DNA from: Caldimicrobium thiodismutans | Lineage (GTDB): Bacteria; Desulfobacterota; Thermodesulfobacteria; Thermodesulfobacteriales; Thermodesulfobacteriaceae | Assembly: GCF_001548275.1 (NCBI RefSeq) | Contig: NZ_AP014945.1 | Location: forward strand, 1,740,001-1,772,000 | DNA length: 32,000 nt | Direction: 5' to 3' | Part shown: in pieces, positions 13,960 through 25,192 of the stretch | Layout: every line of letters begins with the position of its first letter | Position numbering within the stretch: the stretch's first letter is position 1 | Position numbers and translations under genes: made by a program | The notes under the pieces: model-generated | Database searches by the model: none | What the model saw: only the letters and a program-made list of their open reading frames with translations | What the model was told of the DNA's origin: nothing

Positions 13960-16900
13960 GTGCTGAAAATTAAGGTAAATCAAAAAGAAATAAAAGCTGA
14001 AAAAGGTGAGCTTCTTCTTAATGTGCTTAGACGAGAAGGCATTTATGTTCCTACTTTATGTTATCTTAAAGAGAAAACTTTACCGTCTAATCCCTGTGGA
14101 TTATGTATTGTTAAGATTGAAGGGGAAGGTATTGTTAGAAGCTGTAGCTATCGCATAGAAAAGGAGATAAAGGTTGAGACAGATACTTCCGAGATTAAAG
14201 ATATTAGAAAAAAGATTCTTGAAAATTTGGTTGCTAATCATTATGGAGATTGCAAAGCTCCCTGTCATACTCCCTGTCCCGGAGGTTTAAATATCCAGGG
14301 GTATATTGGTTTTATTGCCAAAGGAGATTTTAAGGCCTCCCTTGCCCTTATTAAGGAAAAGCTTCCTATACCTGCTGTGGTAGGAAGGGTCTGTCCCAGA
14401 TTTTGTGAGCCTGTTTGTAGAAGGGCACTGGTAGATCAAGCGGTAGCCATAAATAATCTCAAGAGATTTGTGGCAGATTATTGTCTTGAACATGGAGAAC
14501 TTCCTCTGGAACTTCCTCCTTTGAATAATAGAAGGGTAGCCATTATAGGTGCAGGTCCAGCTGGTATTAGCTGTGCCTATTTCTTGAGGCTAAAGGGATA
14601 TCAAGTAACAATCTTTGATAAAGAAGAGGAACCAGGTGGCCTTTTAAGATATGGAATTCCCTCTTTTAAACTCCCCCGTAATGTCCTGAAAAAGGAGCTT
14701 GAGAATATATTTAAAATGGGAATTACCTTTCAGGGGGGGAAGAGCTGGGGTAAAGATTTTACCTTTAAAGATCTTAAAGCATCTGGATTTGAGGCTATTT
14801 TTATAGCTATTGGCTCAAGGAAAGAGAAATGTTTTGGATTTCAGGGAGAAGAACTGGCTGAAAGTGGCTTTAATTTTCTCTATGATTTTAACAAAGGGCT
14901 AATTAAAAAGGAGAAATTTCAGGGTAAAAAGGTAGCTCTTTTAGGCTGTAGTTATACAGCTCTTGAGTTAAGCAGGATCCTGCGAAGATTAGGCTGTTCC
15001 GTAACTATTTACTATCCACGCTCAAGGATGGAAGTTCCTGTTCCTCAGAGAGAGGTAGGCTATGCCCAGAAGGAAGGAGTAAATTTCATATATGTTACCG
15101 CGCCCTGGACTCTTGAGAAATTAAATGGCACTTATAAGGTAACCTTTGTAAGAACAAGTTTAACAGAAAAAAAGGAGATTAAACCTCTTCCCGAGACAGC
15201 CTTTGAAGAGGAGTTCGACCTTGTCTTCAGGGCCTGGGGTGAGGTTCCCTCGGATGAATTTCGGGCCTTTGGAGAGCTTGAGTCCCAACTTGAGGTCAAT
15301 CCTGAGGGATATATAAAGGTTGATCCCAAGACACTTTCCACAAATCTTGAGGGAGTTTTTGCTGGTGGCGATTTTATTTATGGGTCTAAGACTGTTATTC
15401 AGGCGGTTGCTTCGGGAAGAAAAGCAGCTGAAACTATTTCAGCCTTTCTGGAAAAGAGACCCCTTGAAAAGACCCCTATCACTGTTAAATATGATTTTTC
15501 CCGTGGGAAAAGAGCAGAAGAGTTTGATTCAAACTTCCTGGATCTCTTCATTCCTGAAGAAAGGGCTCAACTGAAGGAAAGGGATCCCAAGGAAAGAGTT
15601 TGTGATTTTGAAGAGGTTCTCATAGGTTTAACAAAGGAAGAGGCTTTAAAAGAGGCCAATCGCTGTTTAAGGTGTGGTTGCCTGGGAATTCATAAGTGTG
15701 AGTTTAGAGAACTTCTTATTAAGGAGGATGTAGGAGTTGCTAAGGCGCGCAAAAAAATTAAATATGCCATTCAGAAAAATCACCCTCTTATTGAGGTAGA
15801 TTCCAATAAGTGTATTGCCTGTGAAAGATGTGTAAGAACCTGTCCTTATTCAGCTATCTTTTTTAGAGTAGTTAATAAAGGGAAGCCAACGGAACATATC
15901 ACTTTTAGATTTACGGAGTCTTGCATTAATTGTGGGGCCTGTGTGGATGCCTGTCCCACAGGTGCTTTGATAAAGAAAAATCTCCTTGTGCCCTATAACA
16001 GGAATAATGCTCGAGCAGTGAAATCAGTATGTGGATATTGTGGGGTTGGCTGTAATCTAACTATTTGGGTCAAAAATAGAACTATTTTAGAAGTTACAGG
16101 GAGGGATCTTGCCCCTAATTATGGCTATGCCTGTGTAAAGGGACGTTTTGGTTTTGAATTTTATAAAAGTGAGGAGAGATTAACTAAGCCTCTTCTCCGT
16201 AAGGATCGCTTGAAGAACTTTGAGGAAGTCTCTTGGGAGACAGCGCTTGAATTTGTGGCTGAAAATCTCTTGAAGATAAGAGATAAATATGGCCCTCAGG
16301 CTTTAGGATTTCTTTGCTCTGCACGCACATCCAATGAGGAAAACTATCTCATGCAAAAGATAGCCAGGGGTATTTTTAAGACTAACAATGTAGATAATCC
16401 TGCGCGGGTCTGACATGCTCCATCGGTCGCAGGTCTTGCGGCCACAGTTGGAACAGGAGCTGCCTGTGTTAATTTTGACGAAATTTATAATGCAGACCTT
16501 CTATTTCTTGTAGGGACAAATTCCTGGGATGCTCATCCCATTGTAGCTCAGAAAATCAAGCAAGCCCTTGAAAAGGGAACTAAGTGCCTGGTTGCTGATC
16601 CACGAAGAATTTATTTTACAGATAAAGCCAATCTCTTTTTACCTTTAAGACCAGGAAGTAATATACCTCTTCTCAATGGAATGGCCCATGTGATAATAAA
16701 AGAGGAGCTCTATGATAAAGAGTTTGTGGAAAATAATGTGGACAATTTTGAGGCATACAAACATTACATCTTAAGTGAGTGGGATCTTGCCAAGGCAAGC
16801 AGATATACAGGGCTTAAGCCTTTTCTAATTGAAGAGGCAGCCTATCTTTATTCTCAGGCAAAGAGAGCTCTTATTCTTTGGGGGCTTGGGGTTTCCGAAC

Positions 16901-18045
16901 ATAGATCAGGTTCCTATACAGCCATGGCAGCAGCCAATCTTGCAACCCTTTGCGGCTTTTGGGGGAAACCAGGCTGTGGAGCCATGCCTTTAAGAGGTCA
17001 GAATAATGTTCAGGGTGCCTGTGATATGGGTGGGCTTCCCTATGTGCTTCCTGGATATCAGAGTGTTCTTGATGACACGGTTAGACTGAGATTTCAAGAG
17101 GTCTGGGGAACTAATTTGCCCACTTCTGAGGGAAAAACCCTTCCTACTCTCTTAAAAGAGGCTCTGGAAGGGAAAGTTAAGGCTCTTTATGCTATGGGAT
17201 ATGATGTAGCCATGAGCCATGGAGACATAGGTTCAGTTTGGAAGGCCCTGAGTAACCTTGATTTTTTTGTGGTTCAAGATATCTTCATGCCCCTTTCAGG
17301 AAAATATGCCCATGTGGTTTTACCATCAGCCTGTCTTTTTGAAAAGTGTGGAACCTTCACAAACGGCGAAAGAAGGGTTCAACTCTTTGAAAAGGCAGTT
17401 TCCCCTCCAGGAGAGGCCCTGCCTGACTGGTTAATTTTAACCAAATTAGCTCATATTCTCGGTTTTAATTGGAATTATCAATCACCTGCAGATGTGGCTG
17501 AAGAAATCGGTAAGGTCTGGCCAGCTTTCAGAGGAATAAAACATGAAAGGCTTAAAGAAAGAGGAATTCAATGGCCCTGTTTAGATGAAACTCATCCCGG
17601 CACATCTATGCTTTTTACAAATGGTTTCCCTAAGGGTAAGGTTCATCTTGCTTTAGCAAAATACTTACCACCCTTTGAAGAGCCCTCAAACCAGTATCCT
17701 TTTATTTTAGTAACAGTAAGAAAACTTGAGCATTATAATATCGGAAGTATGACCAGAAGGTGCCAGACTTTGATGGAACTCTATCCTGAGCCTGTTATAG
17801 ATCTAAATCCAGAGGATGCTAAAAGGCTTGGTATTTTAGAGGGGGCTAAGGTTAAAGTCTGGAATGAAAGAGGAGAGGCTATTTTTAGGGCTCATCTGGA
17901 TAAAAGAGTTCCTGAGGGTTTAATCTATACAGATTTTCATTTTGAAAGTGCCCTTACCAATATACTTGTTAGCCCGGGACTGGATGATCTTATGGAGACC
18001 CCTGAATATAAGGTCTCTGCAGTTGCTCTCTTACCTTTAAATTAA
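13960..18045 (+). CDS. fdhA: Selenocysteine-containing formate dehydrogenase alpha fused to N-terminal 2Fe-2S, GltD-like NAD(P)H/FAD and ferredoxin modules (~1361 aa; Sec at UGA 16411-16413)
   Basis: ORFs 13933..16413 and 16681..18045 share one frame and are joined by ...NNVDNPARV-UGA-HAPSVAGLAATVGTGA..., the FdhA active-site Sec motif. GltD-like motifs: APCHTPCPGGLNIQGYI, GRVCPRFCEPVCRR, VAIIGAGPAGISCAYFL. Also 2x CxxCxxCxxxCP and the CGYCGVGC MopB cluster. I prefer the GTG start at 13960 (AGGAG 8 nt upstream) over the TTG at 13933. Confidence 0.85.
16425..16443 (+). promoter_or_regulatory. SECIS hairpin for the fdhA UGA
   Basis: ggtcgca-ggtct-tgcggcc forms a 7-bp stem starting 11 nt after the UGA, with a GGUCU apical loop. 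From memory, this closely resembles the E. coli fdhF SECIS geometry and loop. Confidence 0.6.
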
Positions 18046-18092
18046 AAAACTTCTTGCAGCGTTTTTAAAAGAGAGTTAAATTAAGGTTTATT

Positions 18093-19169
18093 ATGGATAA
18101 AAAGCTATTTCCCTTAAGAGCCAGGATTGATCAAATTGATGCAGAAATAATAAAGCTTTTAAAAGAGAGACTTAAGCTTGCTCAAGAGATTGGCAGGATT
18201 AAAGAATCCAAAGGGGTTCAAACCTTTGATCTGGGCAGGGAAAAGCAAATTCTTAAAAGAGTTCTTGAGCTTAACCAGGGGGTTTTCCCTGAGGAGACCC
18301 TTAAGATAATTTATTCAGAGATTATTCGAGCCTGTAGGGCCTCACAGGAAAAGCCAAGGGTAGCGTTTCTTGGCCCAGAGGCAACCTTTAGTCATATTGC
18401 TGCCCAACACTATTTTGGAACTTCTGCCCAATTCATTCCTGTTGAGACCATTATTGATGTTTTTGAGGAAGTAAGTTCTGAGAGGGCCCATTTTGGAGTT
18501 GTCCCGATAGAAAATTCCATTGAAGGGGTTGTGGCAACCACTCTGGATGCTATTTATGAGTATGGCCTTAAGGTTTGTGGAGAAATTTATGAAGCTATAA
18601 GTCATCATCTTATGAATCAGACGGGAAGACTTGAGGATATAAAAAAGATTCTCTCCCATCCTCAAGCAATTGCCCAATGTAGGAAATGGCTCAGAAAAAA
18701 ACTTCCATCTGTGCCCATTGAAACGGTTTCTTCAACCGCCTTTGCAGCTAAATGGGCAGCTGTGGATGAGACCGTTGCTGCTATAGCCAGTCTTATGGCT
18801 GCTAAAATTTATCATCTCCAGATTGTAGCTAAAAACATTGAAGACCTTAAGGGGAATTCTACGCGATTCTGGATAATTGGAAAAGTTGAGATGCCACCAA
18901 CAGGTGAGGATAAAACTTCACTTATTTTCAGTGTTGCTGATAAGCCCGGAGCTCTTTTTGAGGTGCTAAAGTGTTTTGCCGAGAGGAAAATAAATCTAAC
19001 AAAGATTGAGAGTAGACCCTCCAAAAATGAACCCTGGAAATATATCTTTTTCCTTGACTGCGAGGGCCATATTAAAGATCAAGAGGTATCTAACTGTCTT
19101 GAAGAGATGCAAAAATATTGTATTCAAGTGGTTTGGCTTGGTTCTTATCCCAAGGGAAGACAGGTTTAA
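18093..19169 (+). CDS. pheA: Bifunctional chorismate mutase / prephenate dehydratase (P-protein)
   Basis: N-terminal CM_2-like helix (LRARIDQIDAEIIKLLKERLKLAQEIG), a PDT domain (VAFLGPEATFSH, TRFWIIGK) and an ACT domain (ESRPSK). Confidence 0.9.
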   Translation: MDKKLFPLRARIDQIDAEIIKLLKERLKLAQEIGRIKESKGVQTFDLGREKQILKRVLELNQGVFPEETLKIIYSEIIRACRASQEKPRVAFLGPEATFSHIAAQHYFGTSAQFIPVETIIDVFEEVSSERAHFGVVPIENSIEGVVATTLDAIYEYGLKVCGEIYEAISHHLMNQTGRLEDIKKILSHPQAIAQCRKWLRKKLPSVPIETVSSTAFAAKWAAVDETVAAIASLMAAKIYHLQIVAKNIEDLKGNSTRFWIIGKVEMPPTGEDKTSLIFSVADKPGALFEVLKCFAERKINLTKIESRPSKNEPWKYIFFLDCEGHIKDQEVSNCLEEMQKYCIQVVWLGSYPKGRQV

Positions 19170-19238
19170 TCCCCTTTAATCTTTGGGTTTCTGCTTTATA
19201 TTTTTATTTCAAAAATCTCTCATCTGGAGGTGCTGAGG

Positions 19239-19487
19239 ATGGCTATTTACGAGTATGAGTGCGCTAAGTGTGGACATTATTTTGAGGTATGGCAAAAAAT
19301 AACTGAAGAACCACTTAAAGTTTGTGATAAGTGTGGTGGTGACCTTGTGAGATTAATCGGAAATACGGGGTTTATTTTAAAAGGCACAGGCTGGTATGTA
19401 ACTGATTATGTAAGAAAGGAAAAAAAGAATGGTAGTGGAGAAAAGGGGAATAAACCTGAAACAGAAAAAACAGGGAATTTATCTTAA
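19239..19487 (+). CDS. FmdB-family zinc-ribbon protein
   Basis: [17 protein letters not shown]...CDKCGG matches the N-terminal signature of the FmdB/CxxC_CxxC_SSSS family. The ATG at 19239 has GGAGG 8 nt upstream, so it is preferred over the GTG at 19230. Confidence 0.75.
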   Translation: MAIYEYECAKCGHYFEVWQKITEEPLKVCDKCGGDLVRLIGNTGFILKGTGWYVTDYVRKEKKNGSGEKGNKPETEKTGNLS

Positions 19488-19508
19488 AAGATCAGGACAT
19501 TACTGCAT

Positions 19509-19542
19509 AAGTTCATATCCTTACAAGAAAAAGGAAGAGTGG
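19509..19542 (+). repeat. Intergenic repeat R2 left module (aagttcatatccttacaagaaaaaggaagagtgg)
   Basis: Matches the reverse complement of 28680-28711 with about 2 differences. Confidence 0.8.
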
Positions 19543-19763
19543 TGAAAGGTGAGAAGTGAGAGGTTAAAGGAGGGGCAAATCTATAGTGTCTGTCCAATCC
19601 TTGAGTATTTGCTTAATAGTTTAAATGAACTCACAACGGGCAAAGACATAGGTTTGCTAAAAGATGGTAAACACATAGGTTTGCCCTTACAGTAAAATGA
19701 AAATTAGATAAAAATTGTTCAAAAATGATTGACTTGGGTTAGATGCAGGGGCAGATTTGAGTT

Positions 19764-19787
19764 TCAAAAGATATGGACGCATACGCG
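19764..19787 (+). repeat. Intergenic repeat R2 right module, 24-mer tcaaaagatatggacgcatacgcg
   Basis: Perfect 24/24 match to the reverse complement of 28596-28619. In both places it ends 3 nt upstream of a -35-like hexamer. Confidence 0.9.
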
Positions 19788-19790
19788 AGG

Positions 19791-19818
19791 TTGCCATTTT
19801 AAAAATGTGATTTATAAT
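19791..19818 (+). promoter_or_regulatory. Promoter candidate for tRNA-Gly (TTGCCA-N16-TATAAT)
   Basis: -35 at 19791-19796 and -10 at 19813-19818. The tRNA 5' end is at 19830. Confidence 0.45.
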
Positions 19819-19829
19819 AATACAAAAGT

Positions 19830-19901
19830 GCGGGCGTAGCTCAGGGGTAGAGCGGGAGCTTCCCAAGCTTCAGGCCGCGGGTTCGAATCCCGTCGCCCGC
19901 T
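19830..19901 (+). tRNA. tRNA-Gly (anticodon CCC)
   Basis: Hand-folded cloverleaf: acceptor GCGGGCG/CGCCCGC, D arm GCTC-AGGGGTA-GAGC, anticodon arm GGAGC-TTCCCAA-GCTTC, T arm GCGGG-TTCGAAT-CCCGT. No CCA is encoded. Confidence 0.9.
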
Positions 19902-20103
19902 TATAATTCTTTCATCCTTAAAAATATACTCTCTTACTTGTAGCCACCTTTTTACTTATTAGTTGGAGAATCTTATAAAACCATCCTTTCAAATCAATAT
20001 TTGCCTGATAAGGATAAGTAATTTCCCTTTGATGTGTTGAAAATAAAAAAATTGACTTTAATTTAAGTCCTGAAAAGTTAAATCAAAAGTTCAGAGGAAG
20101 GGT

Positions 20104-21414
20104 ATGGAAGAAATTATTGTAATTGGTGCAGGGCTTGCTGGCTCTGAAGCAGCTTATCAAATAGCTAAAAGAGGAATTAAGGTAAAACTCTATGAAATGC
20201 GTCCCCATAAACTTACTCCTGCGCATAAAACAGGGCTCTTTGGAGAACTTGTTTGTTCCAATTCCCTTCGTTCCAAGGAGCTTACGAAAGCTGTTGGTCT
20301 TCTTAAGGAGGAGTTAAGAATTCTTGGCTCTCTGATTATGGAGGCAGCGGAAAGGTGTCAGATTCCAGGCGGAAAGGCTTGGGTAGTTGATAGGCAATGT
20401 TTTGCCAGTTATATCACGCAGAGGCTCACTCAAAATTCCCTTGTTGAGGTCATACGAGAAGAGGTTACAGAAATCCCTCAAGATAAAATTATAATTATAG
20501 CTACAGGCCCTTTAACCTCGGAAGCCTTAACTCAAAACCTATTAGGTCTTACAGATGTGCCCTTTTTACATTTTTATGATGCCCTATCTCCCATTATTTA
20601 CGCTGATTCCATTGACTGGGAAAAGGTCTTTGTAGCTGATAGGGGCACCCCTGATGAGGGTGTTTATGTGAATTGTCCTATGACAAAAGAAGAGTATGAA
20701 ACCTTTGTTGAAGAACTAATACAGGCTGATAAAGTCCCTTTAAGAGATTTTGAAGAGCCACGCTATTTTGAAGGTTGTCTTCCCATTGAGGTTATGGCAG
20801 AAAGAGGCAAAGATACTCTTCGATTTGGCCCCATGAAGCCAACAGGTCTCATAAATCCAAAAACTGGTCTTGAGCCTTATGCAGTTGTTCAATTAAGACC
20901 TGAAAACAAAGAAAAAACATTATACAATATGGTTGGATTTCAAACCAAGTTGAAATATTTTGAGCAAGAAAGGATATTCCGGAAGATCCCCGGTCTTGAA
21001 AGAGCTGAGTTTGCAAGGTTTGGCTCCATTCACAGAAATACCTTTGTCAATGCCCCCTTAGTTTTAACCCCCTATTTGCAACTTAAAAATTATCCCCAGA
21101 TTTTTTTAGCTGGACAGATTACTGGTGTAGAAGGTTATGTGGAATCAACTGCCATGGGGTTTCTGGCTGGGATAAACGCAGTTCAGCTTTTACAGGGCAA
21201 ACCTCTTATAACTCCTCCGCCGGAGACTGCCTTAGGAGCTTTAGTGCATTATCTACAAACAGCAAATCCTAAACACTTTCAACCTATGAATATTAATTGG
21301 GGGCTCTTGCCCCCTTTAGAAAATCCCAGAATACCCAAAAAAGAGAAATATTTTCGCTTAGCAGAAAGGGCTTTACAAAGATTAAAAGCCTGGGAAAAAG
21401 TTATCTACTGCTGA
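20104..21414 (+). CDS. trmFO: Methylenetetrahydrofolate--tRNA-(uracil-5-)-methyltransferase TrmFO (Gid)
   Basis: IIVIGAGLAGSEAAYQIAKRGIKVKLYEMRP...ELVCSNS...GQITGVEGYVES. Size 436 aa. Confidence 0.9.
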   Translation: MEEIIVIGAGLAGSEAAYQIAKRGIKVKLYEMRPHKLTPAHKTGLFGELVCSNSLRSKELTKAVGLLKEELRILGSLIMEAAERCQIPGGKAWVVDRQCFASYITQRLTQNSLVEVIREEVTEIPQDKIIIIATGPLTSEALTQNLLGLTDVPFLHFYDALSPIIYADSIDWEKVFVADRGTPDEGVYVNCPMTKEEYETFVEELIQADKVPLRDFEEPRYFEGCLPIEVMAERGKDTLRFGPMKPTGLINPKTGLEPYAVVQLRPENKEKTLYNMVGFQTKLKYFEQERIFRKIPGLERAEFARFGSIHRNTFVNAPLVLTPYLQLKNYPQIFLAGQITGVEGYVESTAMGFLAGINAVQLLQGKPLITPPPETALGALVHYLQTANPKHFQPMNINWGLLPPLENPRIPKKEKYFRLAERALQRLKAWEKVIYC

Positions 21415-21710
21415 AAAGTCCCGGCTATATATCCCTTTATAACCGGGATTTGCACATCCTTTTCCACTTCTATCCAAACTATATCACCCTCAATTTTGGC
21501 AATCCTTCCCACAATTCCACCATTGGTAAAGACCTTTTGCCCGGGGCTGAGTTCAGAAAGAAATTTCTGATGTTCCTTCATCCTTTTTTGTTGGGGTCTA
21601 ATTAAAAGAAAATAGAAGATGACAAAGATGAGAATAAGGGGCAAAAGGGTAACTATTAACCCCATTATCCCCCCCTGTCCCCCCTGTCCTTGAGGTGGAG
21701 GGGCCATTGC
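21405..21710 (-). CDS. yajC: Preprotein translocase subunit YajC
   Basis: TM helix followed by LLIRPQQKRMKEHQKFLSELSPGQKVFTNGGIVGRI. It lies downstream of tgt, the classic tgt-yajC order. I prefer the ATG at 21710 (GAGG upstream, no overlap with tgt) over 21752. Confidence 0.85.
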   Translation of the reverse strand, partial: AMAPPPQGQGGQGGIMGLIVTLLPLILIFVIFYFLLIRPQQKRMKEHQKFLSELSPGQKVFTNGGIVGRIAKIEGDIVWIEVEKDVQIPVIKGYIAGTFQQ

Positions 21711-21726
21711 TAAAACCTCAGATACC

Positions 21727-24064
<2,338 letters not shown>

Positions 24065-24068
<4 letters not shown>

Positions 24069-25117
24069 AAGGTTTCAACCTCCCAGTAATTTTTGAAATT
24101 TAGGAGATCTGCAAGTTTGTTATAAAGGGTCTGAGCATAGCTTGAGGGAGAAAGGGTATCTGGATGGGAAGTTTTTTTGCTTCCTGCTAAAGTAAATAAA
24201 ATGGTTGCTACCCCTTCAGAGAGATTTTTTAAGTTATATCCTCCTTCAAGGGTAAAGAGAATCTTTCCTTGAGCTGAAGTTTCTGCTATTTTTTGAAGGA
24301 TTTTTATCATACATGAGAGGCCTTCAAAAGTTAATTGAAGACTTCCAAGAGGATCTCCTTGTAAGGAGTCAAAGCCAGCTGAAACAAGAACTATCTCGGG
24401 TTTATATTGTAAGGCAATAGGTTCTAAAAGATATTTATAAAAAAACAGAAAATCTTCATCACCACTTTGGCCTTTTAGTGGAACATTAATGGTATAACCT
24501 CTTCCGATGCCTACCCCGATCTCGGTGTAGTTGCCTGTCCCCGGATAATGGGGGAATTGATGGGTTGAAAAAAAGAGGACCTCCGGGTCATCATAAAAGG
24601 ATCTTTGGGTGCCATTTCCATGGTGGAGATCAAAATCTACGATAAGAATTCTTTTAAGATTATAATAATGTTTGGCATATAAAGCAGCCAGAGCAACATT
24701 ATTAAAAAGGCAAAACCCCATAGCTCTATCTTTTTCTGCATGATGCCCTGGGGGTCTAACAAGAGCAAAGGCATAATTATAATCCTCATCCAGAAGGAGG
24801 TTTAGGGCCTTTTTTTGGGCTCCTGCTGCATAAAGAGCTGCTTCAAAGGAGTATTCATTGGTAGCAGTATCCGGGTCTAAGGAAAAAAAGGGTTTCCCTG
24901 AAGTGCTTGCTATAAGGTCGTATAATTCTTCTGTATGATTCCAGAGGATCTCTTCTTTGGTTGCCCTTTCAGGTTTGTGAAATTCAATTAAGTCTTTTAG
25001 ATCTGGTTCTGAAATTCTCCTTAAAATGGCCTCCAAGCGATAAGGACTTTCGGGATGCCAGTCCCCAGCCTTGTGTTTTAAAAAAATTTCATCATAAAGA
25101 ATAGCTATTTTTTTCAT
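24065..25117 (-). CDS. Histone deacetylase-family (AcuC/Aph-like) deacetylase
   Basis: RPPGHHAE, DFDLHHGNGTQ and GFD motifs. The ATG at 25117 (MKKIAILYDE) is preferred over the TTG at 25129. Confidence 0.85.
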
Positions 25118-25142
25118 TTTCCTACCCAATTTTTTTAGGACT

Positions 25143-25170
25143 ATTTTAAATTAAGAAATTTAAAAAGCAA
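25143..25170 (-). promoter_or_regulatory. Promoter candidate for the deacetylase-tgt-yajC operon (TTGCTT-N16-TAAAAT on the minus strand)
   Basis: Reverse complement reads cgcgaggTTGCTTtttaaatttcttaattTAAAATagtcc. Confidence 0.35.
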
Positions 25171-25192
25171 CCTCGCGGTAGACCTTAAGTCC

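Noticed and set aside
19741-19790. A ggggcagatttgag... stretch briefly considered as a tmRNA 5' end. The intergenic regions were also checked for RNase P, SRP, 6S, cobalamin-riboswitch or THF-riboswitch cores.
   Set aside because: No tRNA-like 3' domain or conserved core motif (e.g. the GAGGAAAGUCC of RNase P, or a B12 box) is visible. The similarity is limited to a few bases.
19830-20103. tRNA-Gly considered as an integration hotspot for a genomic island, prophage or integrase.
   Set aside because: No integrase, transposase or phage-like gene follows. The next gene is housekeeping trmFO. I found no second copy of the tRNA 3' end (ggttcgaatcccgtcgcccgc) in the window that could serve as an att site.
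21297-21605. 102-aa plus-strand ORF overlapping the trmFO 3' end and yajC.
   Set aside because: It is antisense to a clear YajC homolog and overlaps the trmFO frame, and it has no independent support.
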